Assembly: GCA_965649765.1 (NCBI GenBank) | Contig: OZ287748.1 | Location: forward strand, 43,586,001-43,650,000 | Origin: Bispira polyomma | Lineage: Eukaryota | Direction: 5' to 3' | Length of the DNA stretch: 64,000 nucleotides | In this document: positions 28,608 through 40,629 of the stretch, piece after piece | How positions within the stretch are numbered: position 1 is the first letter of the stretch | How the letters are laid out: every line of letters begins with the position of its first letter | The notes under the pieces: model-generated | What the model was told of the DNA's origin: nothing | What the model saw: the letters and a program-made list of their open reading frames with translations, nothing else | Databases searched by the model: none | Program-made: the position numbers and the translations under genes

Positions 28608-29155
28608 GCCTCCAGTAGCTGGATAATTAATACACATAAACTTAGTTTCTTCTAGTGTATGTGGACATGATTATTTAAGAAATAATCAAAAACTAAAGTA
28701 GCAATTTACAAATAATTGTATTCGCACTGGCAGTTGGGGCCAGATAAAATGTATCATGCTTATCTAATAAATATTCAACAGCTCTAACTTGTTTCATATC
28801 ATTAATTATAGCATTCAATGTTTGCAACATTATTGATATTTTTGACGTGACTTTACTACCAAAACTTAAAACAGGGAACACACACCCTCACACAAAGATT
28901 ACATTTACAGCCCATCTCTTGTGATTACTTTCCCTATCGACAGCATATGGTTCAACAAAAGCACATAAAATAAGTGTTGAAGTCACATACTTAGGCCCTT
29001 TTAGTTCTTTAAAAACAAACACATGGATTTTACTATTGTCATATAAACAATATAGGATTTGTGAGTTATACTAAACAGACTGGCAGTCAAAAAAGCTGCG
29101 AGTACAAAATGTTTTTTTTTTTCACAAATAGGTGGCTCCATGTACTTCTAGGTGA

Positions 29156-32100
29156 GTGAACAAGGTCCTTCAATCCACAGAGGGTAAAACTTTCAAAATG
29201 ATAATTCCCTCATTGAAGGACCTTGCACAAGGTCTAGTTACAAGTATGAGGAGGACAAAGAAGACCCAACTGAGTGTGCAAGTTAAAGGGAAAAAGCATG
29301 CATCTACCAAGAAACAGACCTGGAAAGCAAGTACTTTAACTAGTGTTTCGGATCCTCTGGCCGTTAATTTACAACGTCTTTTTACTGATACAGCCACTCA
29401 ACCCAACCTGGATGTTACACATTCCGGACTTGGGGACGTTATGACCATCTTACAGAGATTGGAGTCGGCAAACTCGCAAATTAATAAATGTCTAGACAGG
29501 GTCGAGTCGCAATGTCATACAGCTCCACCCCTATCGGATCTCCCTCTGCTTCAAGAAATGGTACCATTTCGGATCAGCGTCATATGGGTGAGTTCGCGAG
29601 TTTGGGGCGGGGTATTGTTATTATTATTATGATACATTTTAACACGCTTTATTGATGCTAGGCATCTTCTAAAGCGCAACAGCAGAATCATTGGTCCAAT
29701 CATTAAGTCCATGGACATTGCAAAGTCATAAGGAAGGAAGTGGGAGCGTGCATGAGGGAAGCTAAGGTGGGTAGGCAATATTAAAAAGATAGGTTTTAAG
29801 CTTTTTCCTAACCGATAAGTGTGTCAACTGATCTGAGGTCGACTGAGAGACTGTTCCATAACCGTGGAGCTGCAGTGGAGAACGCTCTGAATCCCGCTTT
29901 CCTGATTAGTCTGACCGAAGTGATGGAGAGTCTGTTGCCTCTCTTGAGGTTACTGAAGGAAAGAAGGTAGGCAAGGTAGGGGGGCTGTTGGGTGACCACA
30001 GCCTTAAAAGTAGTAACGTTAATCTTGAACAAAATGCAGGAATGAATGGGTAGCCAGTGTAATGTACGACAACCCAGGGGAAAAATGACCCTTCATAGGT
30101 AGTTTTGGATGGACTAGAGCTTTTTAATGTGTGACTTGTTTGCTCCGTACAAGAGAGAGTTGCAGTAATCAAGGTGGCTACTCACATAGGGTATTTGCCA
30201 CAGTTATGGCTGTGTCCATGGACAGGTGGTTTATGATTCTTTTGATGACGTATATGGTAGTACCAGGAGCGACTGATGTTGTCAACATGAGTTTTGAACG
30301 AAAAAGCTGAATCAAAAGTGATACCCAGATTTTTGGCATTTTTGGAGGGTAGTATGTCTTTTCCCAGCAGGGAGATGGGAAACAAAGATTTTAGGGATTC
30401 ACTGATTTCTTGTTTCTGAGTTTAAATTCTGTTTTGTCAGGGTTAAGTTTTAGTTTGGAGTAGTTCATCCACGCCTGGACATCAGACAGTCTGCAAGTAG
30501 ATCTATGTTTGTATTTGCATTTTGTGGATTGAGGGAGAGATAGACTTGAGTGTCATCTGCATACATGTGGTGTTTTATATTGTGTTTATTGATAACTGTG
30601 CTGAGAGGATGTGTATAAAGGGTGAAAAGTAGAGGGCCAAGGACGGATCCCTGGTGTACTCCATATGGTAGCTTCATGGAAGATGAAAGGTGATCATCTA
30701 ATTTAATTCTTTGTGCCCTAAGAGTAAGGTAGGATCTGATCCATTTAAGGACACAGCCATTTATACCGAACCACTGCTTGAGAGTGTTGCAGAGCACGAC
30801 ATGATCAATAGTGTTGAATGCAGCTGAGAGATTCAGAATGGTGAGGGCCACTGTGTTGTTCCAGTCCAGTGCAAGATTGATGTTATTGCTGATGGAAAAA
30901 AGAGCACTTTTTGTAGAGTGAAACTTTCTGTAAGCAGAGTGGTGGCGATTTTCAATGTTTTGTCTATTAAGGTGGTCAGAAATTTGCTGAGCTACAGCTT
31001 TATCGATGACTTTTGAGACAAAGCTGAGGTTTGACACTGGTCTGTAGTTTTTGAGCTGGTTTTAATCAAGCCCTTGTTTTTTAATCAAGGGAGTTACATT
31101 TGCTGTCTTGAACAGGTGGGAAAAACACCATCCAAAAGAGAAAAATGTAATATGTTTGTTATGGGTGTGACTAGAATGTCAAGACATTGATTTAGAATAA
31201 CTGCTTGGATAGGATCTAATTCACAAGATTCAATAGTAGAAGATTCAATAGTAGTTGCAGAACTTCCTGCTCTGACAGTGTACTGAAATGAAACAGGTTA
31301 GAAACCTTATATACTGAGGCTGGAGGACTGAAGTGATGTATCATTGGAAAGCCGTCACAAATGTTGCTGATTTTTTCTATAAACATTTTTCCAAATTTCT
31401 TGGCTAAAAAAGTAAGGCAGTGGTTTATGGAGAGAACTTTCTATAGAAAAAGATCCACATTCGACGTCATGATACTGCCCTAATAGGCAGCTGGTCAATT
31501 ATTCAACATCTCGCAAGTCCAAGTTCATTAAAGGACGCTTACTCTCTCCCACTGCCAGCAGTTAGGGCTGCATGGGCGGCCAATATGCACGAGGTGGAGG
31601 AGGTACGCCTTCATTGGAGAAATGCCACCCAATAGGCATTAATCCGCATGAGTCTTTCTTCTCACAATCAAGCTGGGTGGTCGGGCGACAACGACAGCGA
31701 ATATCAGGCTAGTTTGGCTGGCAACAGCAAGAGGCAAGTTTCCTCTAGTAAAAGTAAAGCTATTGATATTCATGATAATACAAAAGATACAGATTTTATC
31801 AAACTATCAGATGTAAACTTTGAATTCATTGGCCCAGATAAGGAACCAATTCCCATCACTACTGTTGATGAGATGCTAAAAATAGCAAAAACCATTAGAG
31901 ACACAGTTGTTCTTAATTATAGGGCTGCTAGAGTCCCTCTAACCTCCTTAAGCGACATCGTGACAAAATTTTGTTACAATACTTTAAATTTGGGTTTCTC
32001 TTGTCACTAAGAAACCCCAAACTATTACATAACCACAAGACAAACAATCATTACTCTGCCATGCAATACTCTCAGGAGGTGAACAAATATTTTGAAAAGG

Positions 32101-34500
32101 AAAAGTCTAAGGGTGTCATATTGGGCCTAGTCACAAAAATTGTGGATACACACTTCCATGCTTCTCCACTATAAACTAGGCCGAAGGACCTAGACAAGTG
32201 GAGAATTTTTCTTCACTTTTTTTATCCTTTCCACATGACCTCTCAGTTAACAGTCAGGTTCCTAGGGACACTTTCGACAAAACCAAATTTGCCCTTAGAT
32301 TCCCCACTATAGACCACATTATTGAGGCAATTAGGAATACCAATGAACCAATAATATTCAAAACGGATGCATCCCATGCATTTAGAAATCTCAGGGTAGA
32401 CCCAGCTGATGCGGTTAAACTAGGAATAAATTGGGATAATAAGTCCTACATCGACGCTGCCGTTGCGTGTGGCTAAGCACACGGCAGCGCGGCTTTTCAG
32501 CATTGCTCTGATATAGTGGCCGATTACATGAAATCACAGGGTTTCACACTCTTCTGTTATATTGATGATTATGCTTGTGTCTGTTCTAAGGATAAGGCAA
32601 ACAAAGGTTACGACCTACTTCACGACATACTTCTGAAACTGAGTATCCTAGTTAACAATGAGAAATCAGTTTTCCCTGATACATTTACAACATTTTTAGA
32701 AATAGATATTGATATCAAGGAAGGCAGTATCAAGAACTTCACACCATTAGTGATAAATCTTGGTTATCAAGAAGCAAATACCAATCTATGCTAGGGAAAC
32801 TTCTCTATGTGCTTAAATGTGTACAGTCTGCTAGAATTTTCATCAACAGATTTCTGGCTGTCTTTAGGGACAACCCCAATGCCAAAAGATTTAAGATCAC
32901 CTACAACATTAGACAAGATATTGACTGGTTTTTATCTTTACTCCCACTATATAATGGTATTATATACATTGCACCTAAGGACATCAACCACATGCAAAAA
33001 TTTCATCTGGATGATTGTCTGACAGGTTTTAGCGGCATTTGGAATAAGGAAGTGTATGTCACTCCTATACATAACATTTACAATATAACTTTAGCTATTA
33101 CACAACTGGAAATGTTGAACATTATCATAGCTTTGAAGCTATGGGGTAAGGACTGGGCCCACTAGAGTGTCACAGTATGGAATGATAATCTGGCTGTGGG
33201 GTTAGTTGTTGACACTAGAAAGACCAAGGATTCTTCTCTTGCCACATGTATTAGGAACATATGGCTACTAGCTCCCACATTTGACATAACCCTGAGCATC
33301 AAACATATTAGGGCTAAGCAAAATATTAAGGCAGATGCCCTATCACGCATACATTCTGCTAATCCTCCCTATGCATACATAATGAAGGAATTAAATAACT
33401 ACCACTAGAAACACATAACTTAAATTATGTTATATAATTACAGGTGTAGCACCCTCCACCATACCTCTGATCTTGGCATCTGTACAGCGACTTGACTCCG
33501 CTCTGAGGCCTTCCACCACCAGTGCTTATAACTCACAATTTAAGACTTACTTAGCTTTTCTTTACTATTAACCCCTGCAGCAGGTCTCAGTACATTATAT
33601 ACTTGCTTTTCTGGAATACCTAGCACAGAACAGTATTTTTCTTATAGTGGTGAACAACTACGTTTATGTTTTCTAAATACAGCTAAAATAGGTTTTAACT
33701 CACAACTCTGTGTCTATGTTCCTCAGGAGCTTAGAAACCTCTTCTAAATTCAAACCCCAGAAAAGGGGATCTTTGACATTCAGTTGCTCCAAAACATATC
33801 AAGGACTTGTTCTATATTAGATGACCCTTTTATATACAGATCTGTATTTCTTGTCGCATTCTTTGACTTCTTAAGGATGTCAAACATCGTCCACACTCAA
33901 GAAGTAAATTTGATGTAACTAGATATCTCCTACAACAGGACATACTCTTTGGGCAACCCAGGGCTCATCGCATTCTTAAGTGGGCTAAAAACAAGCAGAA
34001 TAGAACAGATACTGACGTAGCACAACTTCCTGTCCTTAAAAATAAGCTACCTTGCCCTGTCTCTACTCTCACTCAGCTCCTTTAATCTAAGAATTATTCC
34101 CCCTCTGCTCAATTATTTGTAGCACTTTCTTCACCCCACCTCCTAGCTATTGACTCTCATATTGGATCTGCACTGAAAACTGTATTACAGTATTTAGTGG
34201 TGGACTATAGTTACCATGGCTTCCACACTTTCCACACTGTTGGGGGCTTCCCTCGCCTTTAACAACAATGCTTCAGTCCAGCATATAATGTTCCATGGCC
34301 TCTGGCACAAGTCAGCTATCTGGGCTTTCCTCTAACATTCTTCCTCACAAGCTCCTGTAGTACCACTCACCTTTGCTTCTATCATTCCCACTTCCTATTA
34401 GTTTGAGTACGGGTACATTTTAAAATTTTACCTAAGTTAAATTTGAAACTACTCTTTTAGTATATAGAACTAAATTGTACAGAATAAATTTCTCCAATAC
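29156..34500 (+). mobile_element. Ngaro/PAT-like YR retrotransposon D (gag, RT, RH, YR; degenerate), interrupted by an L2 LINE
   Basis: Gag start 29156-29600. RT 31750-32790 (FKTDASHAFRNL..CYIDDY). RH 32788-33408. YR 33444-34400 (FLRMSNI, KWAKN, CPV, FHTF). Confidence 0.88.
29620..31440 (-). mobile_element. 5'-truncated L2-group LINE with (AAT)n tail
   Basis: ORF 30465-31037 (LNLSAAFNTIDH, GVHQGSVLGPLLF, YADDTQVY). C-terminal RAFSTAAPRLWNSL. (TTA)n on the plus strand at about 29616-29630. Confidence 0.88.
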
Positions 34501-35244
34501 AATAATTTTTCGTATCACCTCTACATACCTTAAGGTTATTCCACTTTCACCAGGGAACTGCGGGGGTAATGTGGTGTAATTTCCTTATTAGGTTTCTCAG
34601 GGGTAGTATGTATGGTCGTGCATCATGTTTGCATTTATTATTGCAGGGGAAGGAAAGATCCTTCTTGGGGATTTGATTTACAAGCATGCAAGCTTTTGCC
34701 TTGTATATATTTCAGTGATATACTGATCAGAAAATACTAATGTTCTCATGTAGTAGACAGAGTTTTAATATGATGGTGTATATGCACAAATGTATAATGG
34801 ACTTGTGCAAGGCTTATGTTGGAATATAATGATGCATAAAATTATTTTGCATCTTAGTTGGTATTATAATGCAATACTATTATAATGTGATGCCCAGTGG
34901 CAATTTACGTATTTCCTTGTTGATTTATTTTTTATTATGTAACTTTAACATATCCTGTGCTTAGTATATTTATTAAGTAACCAATATAAGGCTGTAAAGT
35001 TGTCTAGATTAGAAATTCATGGAGGTTATCTTGTTTGTCACTTTGCTCATTATGTGCTAACGTGAATAGTGTACTGTAGATAAACTAATACAAATATATA
35101 TGACATTATGGTGGTCTCTCTGGCTTGGGGAGGATTGGGGGGACCTGTAACATTTTATCAGTACATAAATCAGAATGACTTGGCAGATGACCATATAAAA
35201 CCCACCTTTCCCCCTTTTATGTCTTGTCACTTGGCTGTAAACTT

Positions 35245-35437
35245 CAGTGCACTTGGTAGTTATTGGCCAAGTTATCTACTGTGGAGTAAGTGAGATAAGG
35301 TATTGGGCTAAGTCATTTTGTGGAAGTCAATGATGAGATTTCTGTTTGAGCATTTTATTTTATATACATGTTCATATATATACAGGTTAACAATTTGTAA
35401 AAAAAAAGTTTAAAATTTTATAAATTTTAAGCCCCAA
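35245..35437 (-). repeat. Split direct repeat B2 of element E
   Basis: Highly similar to 41405-41615 (B1, right after the YR ORF). Confidence 0.9.
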
Positions 35438-35858
35438 TAGGGAACTAACATAAACGGAAATAATCCGCAAACAACATAGGACTAGCCAATTAATAACAAA
35501 AGTATGTTTTTACTCTTAGTTAATTTAAACCTTGATAAGTGGATACAATTAAAACCCATAAAATGCTTGAACGAATAATTCTGTCATAAATGGTCTTGGT
35601 ATTACCACACAAAGTACATACATTTCCATCATAAACTGCTAACATAACTAGTGCAAATCATAGCTTGCACCAATATTATTCTTTTCCTGCTCAAAATTTT
35701 GCTCTGAAACTTTCAGAACATTCAAAATTACTATTTCACTTTTCAATTCATTCTAACTATATCCAAATGTTATTCTTCGAATTTTATAGGAGTAGTCTAA
35801 TAACTTCTCACAGTAATAATATTCAGATGTGTGACGACAAGGCGTCAGGCTACCATTA

Positions 35859-35991
35859 GAACCTGTGGCCTGTGGCACCAACCGCCTAGCAAAGGGAGGG
35901 TCCTGTCGGTCATGCCTCCTCCAGGTGATGCATTATATGACCCAGGGGTAGGATAAGAAACAGGACTCCGCCTTCACACGGCCCAAGGTTC
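35859..35991 (-). ncRNA. Conserved structured RNA motif, copy E1 (A2-B2 spacer of element E)
   Basis: Sense: GAACCUUGGGCCGUGUGAAGG...CCUUUGCUAGGCGGUUGGUGCCACAGGCCACAGGUUC. Folds as a 3-way junction. Confidence 0.65.
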
Positions 35992-36073
35992 AGATCCGCC
36001 TTTACTTTTGGAAACTATTTGGACAAGATCTGTCACAAATAAATACTAAGCATTGGAATGTCAAACAGGTTAG

Positions 36074-36204
36074 GAACCCAAGGTCTATGGCACAAATTGC
36101 CTAGCAAAAGGACGGTTCTGCCAGTCATGATACCCTCTGTGGTTGCATTATATGACCCAGGGAAACATAAGGAACAGAATAGCCACTTCACACGACCCAG
36201 GTAC
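36074..36204 (-). ncRNA. Conserved structured RNA motif, copy E2
   Basis: Sense: GUACCUGGGUCGUGUGAAG...UUUUGCUAGGCAAUUUGUGCCAUAGACCUUGGGUUC. Substitutions relative to E1 preserve the pairing. Confidence 0.65.
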
Positions 36205-36370
36205 AAACCTGTCGTTCATCCACTACCCAGTGTCCTAAGGGAAAGTGCTACTTAAGTACATTCAACATAAAAACCTATAAATCTCCTTTTCCCAATCCAG
36301 TTGCCACAGAATGCTGACCACCAGTCTAACAATATGCTGTGGTTAGGGGAGGTGGTGGGTTTCAACATTT

Positions 36371-36538
36371 TTTCCACTTGTTGTCTTGTTGAAATCGAAG
36401 TTTAAAATGGCTATTTCAATATGGAGTTTGAATAATGAAGCTTAAGCTACATGTGTGTGGGCTGTGATTGGCTAAACGTTGGTACACAATTCTTCAGGTA
36501 AACATATAAAGCTAAATTTAAGGTTGTAAGGTATATAA
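36371..36538 (-). repeat. Split direct repeat A2 of element E (interrupted by the Harbinger); contains a CCAAT box on the sense strand
   Basis: Similar to 56921-57083. TGATTGGCT is present in both copies. Confidence 0.85.
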
Positions 36539-37070
36539 AGGGGGGGTTCCACACTCAAGTTCGATCGACAAAAAGACCCCGACTTTAAAGTCGGGAAGGT
36601 CGGGACCAAAAAATCGATAAAATCCACTTTTTGGGCGGGAAAATGAAAATGTACCTCGACCTTCCCGATCGAACTGATTGCGCGTCAATTTGACGGGCCC
36701 CCGACCCCGATCGTACGTAAAGGTCGTATGACTTTGAACTCCATTGACCCCTGACCTTCCCGACCTGGATAGGATCAAACTTATTGGCGATAGGATCGAA
36801 AGTATTGACTTAGGATCGAACGTATTGACTATAGGATCTGACGTATTGGTCATCCCGACCAATAGGATCGACCTTTCTAAAAATTAAAGTCGAGAGTGCT
36901 TCTAGACCCTATAAGTACCTATTTTTGAGCCCTAAAACTCAGGAATTTTTGAGTAATCAGGTCACTAATAATTGAGTAAGTGAGTAAAATGCCAGGAAGA
37001 AGTGATGAAGATTTTTTGAGGAGACTAGGGACATTTTTAGTTTTTTTTTGAGATTGAAATATGTATCCTC

Positions 37071-38116
37071 ATGCTTATATTACAACATGAGAAAGACAAG
37101 GCTCAGGCTCAGGCTCAGGCTCAGGAGGATTTGAAACCAACACCACCACGCGCCCCTTGGGCTCCCCCAGAGAAGATTAGACTTCTACACCACGTCACCC
37201 ACCTGCTTCGTCAAGCTTTGGATCGGTCAGAGAGAGGCCCTAGGCTACTATGCAAACTTATTGCCGGAGCTACAGGAAGGGGATGTAGCCTCATACAGGA
37301 ATTTTTTCAGGCTACCACCTGACATATTTGACGAAATCAATGGTAGGATAACACCCCATGTGAAGAAAGAAGTAACTTGGTTCAGAAAGCCCTTGGATGT
37401 TGGACTGAAACTGGCTGTAACTTTGAGGCACCTGGCCACTGGGGAGAGCTACAGATCCCTGTCCTACCAGTTCAGGGTGGGGAAGTCATCTGTCACCAAG
37501 TTTATACCAGAAGTATACAAGGCCATCATTACGGAATATGAGACAGAAAATCTAGCTTGCACAACCACCCCCGCAGACTGGCTGAAAATAGAAGTGTACA
37601 GGACCAGGTGGAATATCCCTCATGCTGTTGGATCTATCGATGGGAAGCACGTGGCCATCAAAAAGCCTCCCAAGACTGGGAGCGAATTCTACAACTATAA
37701 AGGCTTCCACTCCATTGTCCAACTCGAAACCCTACTCGAGGAGGGAACTCACCCATGCACAGAGAATTTGTAACTACAGGATATCCAGGGGAAGGCGGGT
37801 AGTGGAGAACGCTTATGGGATTTTGGCCAGCCGCTTCCGCCTATTACTGACGACGATGCAACAGCACCCCCTAGTGGCCTCAAATCTGACATTGACATCT
37901 GTGATATTACATAACGTACTGAGAAGCAGGTGTGGAAACCCAGCACTAGAGCACCCCAACCCACAAGATGATCCACCTGAACCTGAGGTCCAGTTGGAAG
38001 GAGGTCAACCAACCACCCACAGAAACCCATCCAGGGCGGCCAAAGAACAGAGGGACATGTTAATGGACTTTTTTATGAATGAGGGGGCCGTCCCATGGCA
38101 AGAGGAAAGAGTTTAG
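37071..38116 (+). pseudogene. Harbinger DDE transposase (HARBI1-like), frameshifted with an internal deletion
   Basis: KLAVTLRHLATGESYRSLSYQFRVGKS, GSIDGKHV, YNYKGFHSIV, NYRISRGRRVVENAYGILASRFR, LHN. The segment between HSIV and KPYSRR (containing the second catalytic D) is missing. Confidence 0.9.
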
Positions 38117-39388
38117 CCTGAGCCTAACCACAAGAGCCAGATGAGAAGCCAACCCAGAGGTCTTGCAGTAGCAGAAAATTTAAAAGGTCCTTTTCAGGAC
38201 CACCCAAATATTTCAAAAACAATATCTGAGCTGTTTGTTACACCCCCACCCATTACCAATAACAATCACTAAATGTAATACCCAGGGCCCCTACATACAT
38301 ACAACTTGTATGTATATACATACAACCAGTTCCCCCAAAAAACATTGAAAATGTAAAAAGCCCTACACACACAGACATAATGAGAACCCTTGGCGCCAGT
38401 TGTTTTGGGAAAAAAAGGGTTAAAATCAAAAAAAGTGGTGTGACCACTCATTTGGAAGATTTTTATCTCACGAGCTCATTTATTTTTGTCTACAAAAAAA
38501 AACTTTTCATTGCGTCAACACAAAAATTAAAGTTTAAGAAAAAGATTCTCAATTCCTTTTCCTCAAAATTATTTCTGTTTTTTTCCCCCAAAAAATACAC
38601 ACAGTGCACTACAGCCTGTGGAGTTTGTATCTCAATTTGGTACTTATTGGGTTATTTGGGACAGACTTTGTACTGTCTTCCCTTCTAAAACAATTTCTTG
38701 TAATTATTGTCTGTCATTATTTATCAGAAACATTTACTATGGGGATGGGGACTTGCTATCTCAATTCGGTACTTATAGGGACAGATTTGACAGACTTTTT
38801 TTTTATTCTAATAATATCTCATATTTGGTATCCCTTATCTTTTAACAAAATCTTTTCCAATGGGGGTAGGGATTTTCTTTCTCAATTAGATACTTACTTG
38901 GGCAATTTAGGGAGGTTTTGATTCCCCCCCCCTATTCTCAAACAAAATTATCTAAAGAGGGACCAGTTGGACATTCACAAACATTTATTGGGGGTGGGGT
39001 GGGGTGATAAGTAAGGTTTGTCTGTATGAGTGTTATTTGTTTTGCGTGGCTAAATAATTTGTTTGTTTGGGCTAATGTTTGGGGCTTGTTTTTTTGGACA
39101 ATGATAATTATATTTCTGTGTGTATGTGTGTATTTTTTTTTTTTTTTTTTTTGAGGGGACAGTGTAATCTGTATGTTTGGGGTTTATGTTTTTTTAACAA
39201 TAAGCTCAAGATATTGTTCTTGGAAGAATCCGGTGGCCCTAAAAAGGGCCGGAGGTGACGCTGGGGTGGCTCGATACACACCACCCCCTTTGGAGACTGC
39301 TGACTGGCTACTGTGGTGGTGTTGGTCGTAGAGTGGTAGAGGTAGACGGTGCAGGTGAAGCAGGCTGCAAACAAAATTACAGCATCAG

Positions 39389-40629
39389 CTACACGGGCTT
39401 GGACTCTGGCTGAGGTGTTGGCGAGACCATCAGCTGCTGTGTGTTGTCAATCAAGACGACCTGTGACTTGTCCACTGGTAAAGGTATTCCTGGGGCGCTG
39501 GGACTAACTGTCTCATAACCAAAGTCCTGGGGGAGTTGGCTGTTGTACTTCCTCAGAAAGCTTGAAATCGTTGACGTGTTGTGTGCTGACTCCTCAAACA
39601 AGGACGCATTAGAAGGTGGATTCGAGTACTGCTTATTAGGATAAATGCTTGGCATCTTCAACTTAGTAGCAACCCCTGAATGTTTTTCCAAGATAAAGTA
39701 GGTAGGCGACTTGACACTGGACGACCCAGCAGCCGAAGAGTCTCTAGCTGTAACCACCACAACGAACTGTGGTGGGTGCTGAGACGGAAAGTTCTGCAGT
39801 TCAAACGCAAGCTTCTGTGCAGCAGCCGAAGATTCTGTAGGATGCTGAGACTGCTGCACATACTGCTGGGGGACGTAGCTTGATCCAGGCTCGCGACAAG
39901 GTAGACGTCGGGGCAGGTCTGGCGAAGGCACTCCTCATGGGTTAACTTCTACTTTGCTGGATCTGGCTGAGGCAGGAAAAGGTGCTGTCTCGGAATTTCT
40001 GAAACTAGCCCTCATTTAACTTCTCTGCCTCGGCTACTAGGTAAGCGAAAAAGGCGCTGCGGTTGGTCACAGGCTTCTGGGGACTTCTCTGCTCTCCAAC
40101 CAAGCTGCTCATCAGTGTCCTGCTCTGCGTGAGGTACTCTCCTAGCATCTGGTTGGCGTCTGAGCTGAGTCGAGACGGGGAACTTCTCTGGAGGCTCCTG
40201 AGACTGGTCTCTGTAACGCTGTCGGCCTCTCCTCTGTGGCTTCCCTGGCAGGGTGGAGACACTCCCTGGGTAGATGTAGCGCTTCTCCTATACGTAGTGC
40301 TTCTCCTTCAGTGCTCTGTCCTTGAACTGTTCATGGCCCTTGTTGAAAAGCACCTCGTTGTCTCTGACAAAATCCACTACTGCTTCCTCGTCCTCCTCTG
40401 TCAGAATGACATGGACCATCTGGCTGGCCTTCTTTACTCTGTACTGTGAAGATCCAGGCAATCCCTGTGAAGCATCCTCTCTCTCACTCTCAGCTCACTC
40501 ACTCACTGTAGGACTCTCTCTGTCATCTCTCCTCTTCCTCTCTATCTCATCTGATGATATTCCCACTTCAAACTCCTTCTCTCTCTCCTGTTCCCCAATC
40601 TTCCTCTTGACTCTCCTCATTCTAGGCAT
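39389..40629 (-). pseudogene. Harbinger accessory MADF/Myb-SANT-like protein, disrupted
   Basis: Manual translation from ATG 40629 gives LTEEDEEAVVDFVRDNEVLFNKGHEQFKDRALKEK (MADF-like), followed by low-complexity S/P/Q segments with stops. Confidence 0.7.

Noticed and set aside
38253-39374. Overlapping short ORFs in the middle of the Harbinger
   Set aside because: Low-complexity A/T-run UTR sequence between convergent genes, with no protein motifs.
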